Positions 40,262-49,240 of a stretch of 64,000 nucleotides of DNA are shown here, one piece after another. Source of the stretch: Spirochaetota bacterium. GTDB taxonomy: Bacteria; Spirochaetota; UBA4802; UBA5550. The translations under genes were made by a program, and so were the position numbers. Each line of letters opens with the position of its first letter. Position 1 is the stretch's first letter. The stretch lies in contig DAONAJ010000003.1 of assembly GCA_035400945.1 (NCBI GenBank), positions 88,676 to 152,675 on the forward strand, written 5' to 3'. Under the pieces are notes generated by a model, which did no database searches, was not told the origin of the DNA, and worked only from the letters and a program-made list of their open reading frames with translations.

Positions 40262-40644
40262 TTCCTCCGGTTTGGGTAATTTTGTTGCTATTTCGTATCA
40301 GCCGGCGATTTTATTCAAGAATTTTTTACCATCCACTTCCCGGACACACGGATTATTTTACTACCATCGTACGCGGCATCAGGGTCCTGCGGAACCGCAC
40401 AACACCTGTCCGAAACAGCATGGCGCGACAACTTCCAATTTCGGCACAAAAATGTCCGGGAAAAGATCCAGTAATTGAATTACCTCCATCACTGTGTGCT
40501 CTTTCAATCTATTCTGCTCTCCTTTCAATCAGGTTTTGCCTTGACTCTAGCGCGGGTGGTTTGCTAGCCTGCATGGAGAGGTTTCAAGAGTTTTATAAAG
40601 AATCTCTGTCCTGTTTAAACATAAAAAATCAAAGGGGTAGGCAA

Positions 40645-41502
40645 ATGGAAATCAAGAAAATTTGTGTGCTGGGCGCCGGCCTGATGGGCAACGGAATCGC
40701 GCAGGTCTGCGCCCAGGCCGGGTACGAAGTGGCCATGCGCGATATCGAACAGCGTTTTGTCGACGGCGGGATGAACACCATCAAAAAGAACCTGGGCCGC
40801 GACATGGAAAAGGGCAAAATCACCAAGGAGCAGATGGACGCGGTCCTGGGACGCATCAAGCCCACGGTGGACCTGAAGGAAGCGGCGGCCGGTGCTGATG
40901 TGGTGGTCGAGGTCGTCATTGAAGTCATGGATGTGAAGAAAAAGGTCTACGAGGAGCTCGAAAGCATTGTCCCGGCCCATTGCCTCTTCTTTACCAACAC
41001 ATCGGGCCTGAGCATCACAGAGATGGCCGCCGCGACCAAAAGGCCCGACAAGGTCATCGGCACCCATTTCTTCAACCCGGTGCCGGTCATGAAGCTCCTG
41101 GAACTGATCTGCTGCCACCAGACATCCGAGGAGACCCTGGCCGTGGCAAAGGAATGGGGAAGGAAAATCGGCAAGGAGGCCATTATCGTAAAGGAAGCGC
41201 CGGCCTTCGTCGTCAACCGCATACTCTGCACTATGATCAATGAAGCCTTCTTCACCCTGGATGAAGGCCTGGCCACGGCAGAGGACATCGACAAGGGCAT
41301 GATGCTGGGATGCAACCACCCCATCGGGCCCCTGGCGCTGGGCGACCTGATCGGCCTGGACACCCTGCTCCGCATCATGGAGGGCCTGCACCGGGAGCTG
41401 GGAGACAAGTACCGCCCCGCACCGCTCCTGAGAAAACTTGTCCGTGCGGGAAACTACGGCCGCAAGACCGGCCGCGGAGTATACGACTACAGCAAAAAAT
41501 AA
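40645..41502 (+). CDS. hbd: 3-hydroxybutyryl-CoA dehydrogenase (3-hydroxyacyl-CoA dehydrogenase family)
   Basis: Start set at [21 protein letters not shown] with RBS AAAGGGG; NAD-binding and C-terminal 3HCDH domains; the track ORF has a long spurious upstream extension. Confidence 0.85.
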   Translation: MEIKKICVLGAGLMGNGIAQVCAQAGYEVAMRDIEQRFVDGGMNTIKKNLGRDMEKGKITKEQMDAVLGRIKPTVDLKEAAAGADVVVEVVIEVMDVKKKVYEELESIVPAHCLFFTNTSGLSITEMAAATKRPDKVIGTHFFNPVPVMKLLELICCHQTSEETLAVAKEWGRKIGKEAIIVKEAPAFVVNRILCTMINEAFFTLDEGLATAEDIDKGMMLGCNHPIGPLALGDLIGLDTLLRIMEGLHRELGDKYRPAPLLRKLVRAGNYGRKTGRGVYDYSKK

Positions 41503-41518
41503 TATAGCCGATCCCGCT

Positions 41519-41550
41519 GTGAAGGCACGGCAGCAAGCTCGTGCCTTCAC
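41519..41550. terminator. Stem-loop (10-bp stem) between convergent hbd and the 41588-41974 gene
   Basis: gtgaaggcac ... gtgccttcac; no clear U-tract on either strand. Confidence 0.35.
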
Positions 41551-41587
41551 CTTCATAGTCTGATTCGGGGATATCCTCCGCGCTCCA

Positions 41588-41974
41588 TCATCCCCCCTTC
41601 AGCTTTTTAAGTTTCTCGCGACCTTTCTCTGTCGTCCTGAGCTCGAATGGAAACGTATCCGAGAATACCTTCATTTCAACCCATTTATCCGGATTCCTGA
41701 TGAACCCATTCAGCTCCTCTTTCGAGACTTCTCTGCTCACGACCGGAACGTAAAAGTCCTCGTCTTTCATTACATACTCTGTTTTAATTACCGTGATCAA
41801 TCCTTCTTCAACGAGAGATCCGATAACCGCGCAGGCGAACCTGCATGCATCACCGTGGCCGAGCTTCTTGTCCCGAAATTGTATCTCGGTGACCAGGTTA
41901 CCCACGTTCAGGCCGAAGTCATCGGCCTCGATCAATACAGCTCCCTCGATTTCCATAATATCAATCATGCTCAT
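41588..41974 (-). CDS. Hypothetical protein (128 aa, no recognisable domain)
   Basis: ORF with coding-like composition; acidic N-terminus, basic C-terminal tail (KLKKLKGG). Confidence 0.45.
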   Translation of the reverse strand: MSMIDIMEIEGAVLIEADDFGLNVGNLVTEIQFRDKKLGHGDACRFACAVIGSLVEEGLITVIKTEYVMKDEDFYVPVVSREVSKEELNGFIRNPDKWVEMKVFSDTFPFELRTTEKGREKLKKLKGG

Positions 41975-42112
41975 TCTCCATAAAAAGGGTATTTACTATT
42001 GATACGGATTGAGGGGCTAAAAATTAAAAATATTTTGAAGCTAACTGCTTGTTAGGAGAGTCATGTATTGAATATCTCACGCATGATGGAAAACGGCAGA
42101 TGTGAAAGATCG

Positions 42113-42141
42113 AAAAAGCGCGGCCCCGGGGCCGCGCTTTT
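42113..42141 (-). terminator. Palindromic terminator after the RRM gene (bidirectional-capable)
   Basis: Perfect 20-nt palindrome gcgcggccccggggccgcgc flanked by A5 and T4. Confidence 0.55.
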
Positions 42142-42152
42142 AAGCGTAGAGT

Positions 42153-42428
42153 CTAGCGGAATCCTCTTCCGCCCCCGCCGCCGCCTCTCTTGTCTCCTTT
42201 CGGGCGGGCCTCATCCACCCGGAGGTTGCGCCCCTCAAGGTTAAAGCCGTCAAGGGCATTCTTCACGTTCTCCGCTTCCGACTGGCTGGACATCTCGACA
42301 AAGCCGAAGCCCTTGTCGCCGATGATCCGGATATCGACCACTGTGCCGTGCTGCGCGAAAAGTTCCTTTAACTGCTGTTCGCTCGCGGAATAACTGATGT
42401 TTCCGACGAAGAGTTTGCTCCCGTGCAT
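42153..42428 (-). CDS. RRM-type RNA-binding protein with Gly-rich C-terminal tail
   Basis: Start at MHGSKLFVGN with AGGAGG RBS; RNP-2 (LFVGNI) and RNP-1 (KGFGFVEM) motifs; GGGGGGRGFR tail. Confidence 0.8.
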   Translation of the reverse strand: MHGSKLFVGNISYSASEQQLKELFAQHGTVVDIRIIGDKGFGFVEMSSQSEAENVKNALDGFNLEGRNLRVDEARPKGDKRGGGGGGRGFR

Positions 42429-42616
42429 ACCATCCTCCTTTTTAATAACTATCGTGCTTAACAATGTCCGAAAAAGGAGATAGTTACATGGGGTCGAAGA
42501 CCTACATCCTTAGTGAGGAACTATCAAGCGTGTTTTGCTGCAATGATACATAGCCGCATAAAATAAGCAACCAATTTATCTGTTCATGGAATTACCGGGG
42601 CCGTGTTGATTGTCAT

Positions 42617-43033
42617 TTGCTCTATTATATTGTTGACAATAATTCATCAGCAAGAATGATTCGATGCTATAAAAATTTTCGGATTTACCTGGGCCACAGC
42701 GACCTTAATGCCCTGGGCCTGGTCAACAGCTACTATGTCAATATGACCGACGAAACACTGGTCTATAACCACACCATGACGGTGCCGGCCGGGCTCAAGG
42801 CGGGAGACTGGGTCGATATCCCCCTTGACATCGCCTTCGATTATGATCCCGGAAGCAATGTGGGAATTTACATTCTTCACGATGCCGGGTCGGGAGGGAT
42901 TGAAAACTTTGTGCATGCGGAGCAGGATGCGTACGAATATCCGTCACGCCTGCTGGGGATGGAAAACCAGTCTTCCAGCCTTCCCGGATGGAAAGCGGAT
43001 ATATCGTACTCGATCCGATTGGGCATGGAATAA
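42617..43033 (+). CDS. Hypothetical protein (start uncertain)
   Basis: 138 aa ORF; a sigma-70-like TTGACA box lies inside its 5' end, so the true start may be downstream; no domain recognised. Confidence 0.3.
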   Translation: MLYYIVDNNSSARMIRCYKNFRIYLGHSDLNALGLVNSYYVNMTDETLVYNHTMTVPAGLKAGDWVDIPLDIAFDYDPGSNVGIYILHDAGSGGIENFVHAEQDAYEYPSRLLGMENQSSSLPGWKADISYSIRLGME

Positions 43034-43118
43034 AACGCTTATCAGTAAACATGAAACGCCGGCGCTGGCTCCGCCGGCGTTTTACACCCGCCATTTATAT
43101 CGCGATCAATACGCCCCG

Positions 43119-43517
43119 TCACTCAAAGGGTATACAGCATTGCCCGTCAGCGCCCTGGGGACAATCCATGAATACCGTTCCGCCGGTTTTGCCTGGGCAG
43201 GATTCGGTCTTCAGTCTGCAAACGCCTCCTATGGCGGCGCACGACGTAACCGGCAGGCAGCATACGGCGCTGTCAGGCTCGTCCGGCAGGTCAGGGCATC
43301 CCCATCCGACCCATCCGACATGACTCTCACCGCAGCTGTTATACAGGTCATTGCAGAACCCGCCAACCCGCTCGCAATGGGTGCCCGATAATACGGCCAT
43401 CAGGGCTGTCGCAGTGTTTTTCGACGTATCGGATTTCTTTTCGCACTGTAAAGCCATGAGGGACAGGCTTCCCGCCAGTATCGAGACAACAGCAGTCATG
43501 CGGATAAATTTCCTCAT
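43119..43517 (-). CDS. Secreted cysteine-rich protein
   Basis: 132 aa; signal peptide; about 16 Cys in mature region with repeated GG[FV]C...C...C pattern (GGFCNDLYNSCGESH / GGVCRLKTESCPGK) and CC pairs. Confidence 0.5.
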   Translation of the reverse strand: MRKFIRMTAVVSILAGSLSLMALQCEKKSDTSKNTATALMAVLSGTHCERVGGFCNDLYNSCGESHVGWVGWGCPDLPDEPDSAVCCLPVTSCAAIGGVCRLKTESCPGKTGGTVFMDCPQGADGQCCIPFE

Positions 43518-43773
43518 AAATCCTCCCCGGTCAATATCCGGAAAGAGAAACCGTTATCGTGCGAACGCAGGTTTCGTTTTTCCCGGTGTTAATTAAAGCC
43601 ATTGTACGCAATAAGGTAGTAATCCGGACATCCGCAGACATCGTGGAAAACCCCGAGACGGGACTATTTTTCCCGGTTTCTTCATATATCGCGCCAAAGT
43701 ATTATCATTGACAATGATGAAATTATACACATAAATCAATCGGCGGAAAAAATCGGACCTGGCCCGGGATTAC

Positions 43774-45038
43774 ATGGGGCTCAGAGGGGAAATGCAGATG
43801 AACGCGACCTTGTGCACCGGGCTGGCGGCGGTCCTCGCCGGTATGTGTTCAATATCGTTTATTTATTTCGGGTTTTATCTCATCCCGGCGGCAAACAGAG
43901 ACGAACGCTTCAGGCCCCTCGTGTACCTATGCTTTTTTTCATCCGCCTGGAGCTTCTGCTATGTGTTGTATTTCCTGAGCAGGGACGCGTCCGCGCAGGA
44001 ATTCTGGCAGAGGTTCACCTTCGCGGGACAGTTCGCTTTTGCGTTTCTCTTGTGGTTCGTGATACGGTACTCCGATCCAATCCGGAGCAGGATCGCACAA
44101 ATAATCCCGGCCTCAATCCTGTGGATTCCCCCCTTCATCGGCTCATACATTGGAATTACCGAGAACGCGGTGGTGAGGGATTTCCCTTCGGGATTCTGGT
44201 TCTTATATGCCCAGATTCAAACTTCAATATACAATCTGGCCTCGATGATACTGCTGATTGTCTACCATTCCAGGCAGAAGACCAACAAGGGCAGGATGCA
44301 GGTCTATATCCTCACGTCGTCCGGGTTTGTGCTGGCCATCCTCTCATGGATGGCCGACTATTTGTTCGGCTACCGGGGCACCAGCAACATCATACCTTTC
44401 TGGCTGCTGGTCTGGATCGGCATACTTCTCTACATCATAAAAAAAAATACCGCCTTATCACCATCATGCCGGACTTCATCAGCAGGGACATCACCGAAAA
44501 TATCGAGGAAGGGATCATCCTCCTTGATACGTCCTTTAAGGTGATATTCAGCAACCGCGCGGCGCACGCACTGGTGAACGCGCGTCAGGGGGAGGAGGTC
44601 CGCTGGTTGGACATCGTTGTGGAGAAGCATGCGGTCCGGAGGGAATTCTCCGGACTGTTGAATTCAGACACGGCATCGGCCCGCATCCGTGTCAATATCC
44701 GGCAGCGCGGCGACGGAAGCGCAAAGATCCCCGTTGACCTGAAGGTGAAAAAGGTCATAGACTCCTTCAAGGACCTTTCTGGATTTCTCATCATCATGTC
44801 ACTGGTGAAGGAGCCGGGACATCTCAGAACCCTGCACGGCATAACGTCACGGGAGCTCGATGTGATCAGGCAGCTGGCCACCGGCAAGACGAACCGGGAG
44901 ATAGGGGTCATTCTCGGCATGACGGTACGTACCGTTGAAACACATATCACGAGCATCTTCGCCAAGATCGGGATCAAGAACAGGACCGAGCTCATGAGCG
45001 TGCTCTCCGGCTACGAGGGTTTCAAGGGGCAGGAATGA
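43774..45038 (+). pseudogene. 7TM receptor (family B)-PAS-LuxR one-component regulator, interrupted by a +1 frameshift at an A9 tract
   Basis: N-terminal 7TM (FWQRFTFAGQFAF, paralog of 16267 and 28204 N-termini) in frame 1 to 44544; PAS-like and LuxR/GerE HTH (ITSRELDVIRQLATGKTNREIGVILGMTVRTVETHI) in frame 3 to 45038; frames meet at AAAAAAAAA 44439-44447, and one extra A would fuse them (…LLYIIKKKYRLITIMPDF…). Confidence 0.7.
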
Positions 45039-45089
45039 CTGTATAGGGCCCGGATGACCCGCCGCATTCCGGGCGGCCATCGCCATCTA

Positions 45090-45680
45090 TTATTTTGCCG
45101 TCACCAATTCGGCCAGGCACGCCTTTGCCGAATCTTGCAGCCTGGAAATATTGTCTTTCACGTCACGCCGCTGCCCTTCATAGGTCCCGGCGCTGTATTG
45201 CCTGTTCACCGTAAAAAAATAAAACATGGTGCCGCCTTTGTCTGGAAGCGGGGCCCTGAGGGTCTTCACGGTCATCAGGATCGCCTTCTCCGCCTCTTTA
45301 AAGTACGCGGAACATTTCTCCATCTGTTTTCCCTTTCGGCCCGGAGCCGAGGCGGCTCTCCCGGCGCTGTCAACCATCCGCGCGCTCCCGTCTTTTTTCA
45401 CGACCAGCAGCACCAGCGCATCGCCATCCCATGTCTCCATCAGAACATGCACCAGGTCGTTGTCCTCGATATTATCGCTGAGGATGACGGAAGCCTCCGA
45501 GAAAATTTTCTCCCGCGCCTGCATATAAGCCTCGGGCAGACGGGAGGGATTCTCACCCTCTTCGATGGAGTGCGCGGTTATGGCCGCGGCCATCAGGCAG
45601 ACAAGAACGATTGCAATCTTCAATTTTTCCCCTGTCCGTTTATGTCTTACAGTGACAATGCCCCGTCCATTATCACACAT
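45090..45680 (-). CDS. Hypothetical membrane-anchored/secreted protein
   Basis: 196 aa; N-terminal hydrophobic segment (KIAIVLVCLMAAAITAHS); no known domain; overlaps rluD stop by 8 nt (operonic). Confidence 0.45.
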   Translation of the reverse strand: MCDNGRGIVTVRHKRTGEKLKIAIVLVCLMAAAITAHSIEEGENPSRLPEAYMQAREKIFSEASVILSDNIEDNDLVHVLMETWDGDALVLLVVKKDGSARMVDSAGRAASAPGRKGKQMEKCSAYFKEAEKAILMTVKTLRAPLPDKGGTMFYFFTVNRQYSAGTYEGQRRDVKDNISRLQDSAKACLAELVTAK

Positions 45681-46611
45681 GGAGCCGCTCTGCCTTATCG
45701 ATGAATTCCCGCATGTGCTCAGGGATGTCCGCCGAAAACGACATGGTCCCCCCCGTGGCAGGATGGGTGAACTCGAGCCTCACCGAGGCGAGGAGGAGAT
45801 ACGGCACCCGGTACTTCTCCCATTTCTTGGAATAGATGGGGTCCCCCACGATGGGGATGCTTGCGGAGGAGAGGTGCACCCGGATCTGGTGGGTCCTGCC
45901 GGTATGGAGGTCGATGTCAAGGAGCGTGAACACGCCAAGGCGGGAGTTGATCACCCTGCTCACCGTGAACTCCGTCAGGGCCTCACGGCCGCTCTCGTCG
46001 ATTGTCATCTTGTGGCGGTACTTCCGGTGCCTGCCGATGGGAAGGTCGATAAGGCCGTGGGCCTCCTTCGGCTTTCCCACGACCAGGGCGGCGTACTTCT
46101 TCCGCACCCTGCGCCCGCTGAACTCGGCGGTGAGGAACTGGTGCGCGGCGTCGTCCTTGGCGACCACCATCAGGCCGGCCGTGTCCTTGTCAAGGCGGTG
46201 CACGATGCCGGGCCGGGCAATGCCGCCGATGGAGGAAAGGTCTTTGATGTGATACAGGAGGCCGTTCACCATGGTGCGGTTCCAGTTTCCCGGCCCGGGA
46301 TGCACCACCAGGCCCGCCTGCTTGTTGACCACGACTATCGACCTGTCCTGGTAAACGATATCCAGGGGGATGTCTTCCGGCTCAAGCTCCAGCGGTTCCG
46401 GCTCGGGGATGACCACCACGATCCGGTCGTCGGTCTTGACCTTGTAGTTCGGCTTTATCGTCTTTTCGTTGACGGTAATGCTGCCGCCGTGGATCAGCTT
46501 CTGGATGTAGCTCCGCGACAGGTCCTGCTCGAGGGCAAGGGGCAGGAACTTGTCAACACGCTCCAGGTTGTTTTCTTCCGGCACAATCAGTTCTATGGGT
46601 TCAGCGCTCAT
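45673..46611 (-). CDS. rluD: RluA-family 23S rRNA pseudouridine synthase (RluD-like)
   Basis: 312 aa; N-terminal S4 domain, catalytic motif HRLDKDTAGLMVVAKDD. Confidence 0.85.
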   Translation of the reverse strand: MSAEPIELIVPEENNLERVDKFLPLALEQDLSRSYIQKLIHGGSITVNEKTIKPNYKVKTDDRIVVVIPEPEPLELEPEDIPLDIVYQDRSIVVVNKQAGLVVHPGPGNWNRTMVNGLLYHIKDLSSIGGIARPGIVHRLDKDTAGLMVVAKDDAAHQFLTAEFSGRRVRKKYAALVVGKPKEAHGLIDLPIGRHRKYRHKMTIDESGREALTEFTVSRVINSRLGVFTLLDIDLHTGRTHQIRVHLSSASIPIVGDPIYSKKWEKYRVPYLLLASVRLEFTHPATGGTMSFSADIPEHMREFIDKAERLHV

Positions 46612-47059
46612 GTATGAAGGTCAATCACTCCCTGTTCTATCGGCCCAGGCCGGTGTTTTGTATACTATTTCGTCATGGCGGTAAATTGCAATCACGTTTC
46701 ATCCATAGTGCGATAATATTTTTCATGGCAAAAAGAGTATTGCTTCGCTGCGCCCGTGCTAACACGCTGATGGAGGTATATCAAAAAGCATCAAATGGCC
46801 CCCATCCATGGGCAGGGTGAGGACTGGATACATCAACCACTTCTTCAGCATTGAAATAAAAAACCCGCCCCGGCCGGATTGATCCCGTTGAAAACTGTTT
46901 TTCATTTTGATACTTCTCTCTTTTTTGTTTTGACATTCAACCCGCGGTCCTGTAATGGTGCTATCTAAAATACAGAAACACATTCACCCCATTTGCACTT
47001 GTCGAACCGCCGGCACCGCCGCAGGCGGAGCAAATACTATTTGTTATTCGGAATTGGAT

Positions 47060-48049
47060 ATGAAACGGCATACTCGAACCATTTTACCGGTCCTGTTTTT
47101 CCTTCTCGTCATGACCGGGACCGGCGCCATGGCCGACACCGTCAGGCTTTACGATGGCACGGTCCTGGTGGGCAAAATCATCAGGGAAGACACGTCGGCC
47201 ATAACCTTCGCGAACTCCTACGGCACCTTCAAGATAAAACGGATCAGGATTGACGATATCTACAAAACCGAATCATACGATGAAGACATCGAAATCCACA
47301 GGAAGATGAAGTTTCCGGTAAACCTGTATAAAATCAGGGTCAATTACATTGCCGGGCTGAACAGGAAAGAGGGAAAGAAACGCGCGCTCATCCTTTTAAA
47401 AAAGGACAGGGAAAAGCGGGAAGCCAGACTGAAGGCCGAGAAAGAAAAAGCCGACAAGGAAAAAGCCAAGAAACAGGCAAAGGCCCGCGACAGGAAGAAA
47501 CGCCGAGGAGAAAGGCGCGGGCCCGTGACCGGGGACCACTGGACCAGCGGCCGCCTCTCCTTCTCCGGTGCTTTTCACTACAACCTGGGCAGCTCCCACA
47601 GCGCCCTTCCCCACGGGTATGCCGGCTATTTCGCCCTTGACCAGGGGCTGGACTTCGCCTCCGGCAGCCGCCATCCCATGATCCCGGGCCTCAGGTTCGA
47701 AGGCGGGTACATCTATTTCAAGAGATCATCGTACATGCTGTCGGGGTATCTCTTCGGCGGTGGGCTCATGTGGGCCTTTCCGTCCATGAAAAACAGCTGG
47801 GGCTGCTTTGTCCTGGCCCTCATACCCGGAGCCTCCTACCTGGAGGCGAAAATCAGCAGCTCCTTTCCCGGGATCGACGGCGGAACTTCCCGGGGCTTCA
47901 ACTTTTCCGCCCAGGCGATTTTCGGATACCAGAAATCCTTCGGCGTGTTCTCGATGTTCATCCAGGCACGGTACATGTACATCAAGGGGATGCGCTCGTA
48001 CTTTCATTCAGTCGCGGGAGAATGCGGATTCGGCTTCAATGCCTGGTAG
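47060..48049 (+). CDS. Hypothetical secreted/outer-membrane protein with KE-rich coiled-coil and C-terminal aromatic beta-rich domain
   Basis: Start at MKRHTRTILPVLFFLLVMTGTGAMA (signal peptide); Lys/Glu/Arg-rich segment; C-terminus ends GFGFNAW (OMP-like terminal aromatic). Confidence 0.5.
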   Translation: MKRHTRTILPVLFFLLVMTGTGAMADTVRLYDGTVLVGKIIREDTSAITFANSYGTFKIKRIRIDDIYKTESYDEDIEIHRKMKFPVNLYKIRVNYIAGLNRKEGKKRALILLKKDREKREARLKAEKEKADKEKAKKQAKARDRKKRRGERRGPVTGDHWTSGRLSFSGAFHYNLGSSHSALPHGYAGYFALDQGLDFASGSRHPMIPGLRFEGGYIYFKRSSYMLSGYLFGGGLMWAFPSMKNSWGCFVLALIPGASYLEAKISSSFPGIDGGTSRGFNFSAQAIFGYQKSFGVFSMFIQARYMYIKGMRSYFHSVAGECGFGFNAW

Positions 48050-48068
48050 GGTTATCCCGTCCGGCAGG

Positions 48069-49022
48069 CTATTGTTCCTCCTCCACCTTCTCGATGAGGC
48101 CCCTGCGCTCCATGTCCTGCAGGGTGTTGAGCTCGCTCTCTATGGCCTTTCTGGCTTCCGGGTCTTCAACAGTTTCCACATCGATCACCTGGTCTTTGCC
48201 GTTCCCGATCGACCCGGCCGGCGCCGCCTCCTCCCCGGTTTTCCGCGGTGTTTCGGTCTTTTCACCCCGGGCTTTTTCAGCCGATGAACCGTCCTCAAGA
48301 CTTTCCGGTTTTGATATGGAGAGCCCTTTTTTCCCTTCCTTCTCTTTCGGGACCGTTGAATAGGGCTCCGGTTCCTTGCGCTTCACGGCCACGGGCCGCT
48401 TTTTCTGCTCCGGCTTCTTTTTAAGTGCAACCGGTTTTTTCGGCCCACCCTTACCGGGCGCGACCTCTTTCTCTTCACCGGGCCCGTTCATGGCCTCCCC
48501 GGCCTCTGTTCCGGTGTAATCGACGCTTGACATCACCTCGTTGAAAACGTCCGTGTATCGCGAGAAGGAGCCGATGGGGGCCCTGCACTCGATGACCAGG
48601 GTGTTGCTGCCATACCGCGAGAACATGGTGCGCTGGAGCATCCTCACGCCCCGGGAATAATAATCGAAAACAACGACCTTGACCGTCACGTTGCCGCCTG
48701 CGGCCAGCTCCTTCGTCTCGATGATCTTCCTGAAGCCCTGCCCGGTTCCCGGGCCCAGCAGTTTCCTCCAGACGCTCAGTTCCTGAGCGCCCTCCCCGCC
48801 GGCGGGCAAAGCCGTGACGGCTATCTCGGTTCCGGCCGCGCGGGCGCGCCTGAAGATCACGTGATGCCGGTCCCCGTCTTCCCGGTAATTCTTTTTCCAG
48901 TCCGCCGGGGCGCAGATGCTGTAGTGGAAACCGGTGTCGCTGTACCTCCTGCACTCGGAGGCACGGGCCATTGATGGCAACAGCGCAACAATTACGAAGG
49001 GAAGAAGGGCAACGTTTTTCAT
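48069..49022 (-). CDS. Hypothetical secreted protein with KE/P-rich C-terminal tail
   Basis: Start at MKNVALLPFVIVALLPSMARA (signal peptide); globular N-domain then low-complexity acidic/lysine tail; convergent with the previous gene. Confidence 0.5.
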   Translation of the reverse strand: MKNVALLPFVIVALLPSMARASECRRYSDTGFHYSICAPADWKKNYREDGDRHHVIFRRARAAGTEIAVTALPAGGEGAQELSVWRKLLGPGTGQGFRKIIETKELAAGGNVTVKVVVFDYYSRGVRMLQRTMFSRYGSNTLVIECRAPIGSFSRYTDVFNEVMSSVDYTGTEAGEAMNGPGEEKEVAPGKGGPKKPVALKKKPEQKKRPVAVKRKEPEPYSTVPKEKEGKKGLSISKPESLEDGSSAEKARGEKTETPRKTGEEAAPAGSIGNGKDQVIDVETVEDPEARKAIESELNTLQDMERRGLIEKVEEEQ

Positions 49023-49240
49023 AGGGGTCAAACATCCATGTCTACTAGCATTAAGGACTACCGCCATCCCGGGGATCGTATTTATGAAAGCAAAAACATT
49101 GGTGCGAGTCAATAACATTTTCCCCCCGCCCCGCCGGGACATAAAAAATAGGTTGATTATTCCCTGCCGGTGTGGGACATTTTTCCAGGGACGGCGGACC
49201 CGTCCCCGTTTCCCGGCAACACACCCAGGGAGGTGGCATC

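Noticed and set aside
40270-40640. Long 5' leader upstream of hbd as a possible riboswitch/ncRNA
   Set aside because: No conserved riboswitch motif recognised; contains a plausible TTGACT promoter-like box but nothing structured enough to call.
43812-44440. N-terminal 200 residues of the 408-aa frame-3 ORF treated as a separate gene overlapping the 7TM ORF
   Set aside because: Only the C-terminal PAS-LuxR part of that frame is meaningful; the upstream part is an open alternative frame over the 7TM coding region. The two ORFs are one gene split by a homopolymer frameshift.
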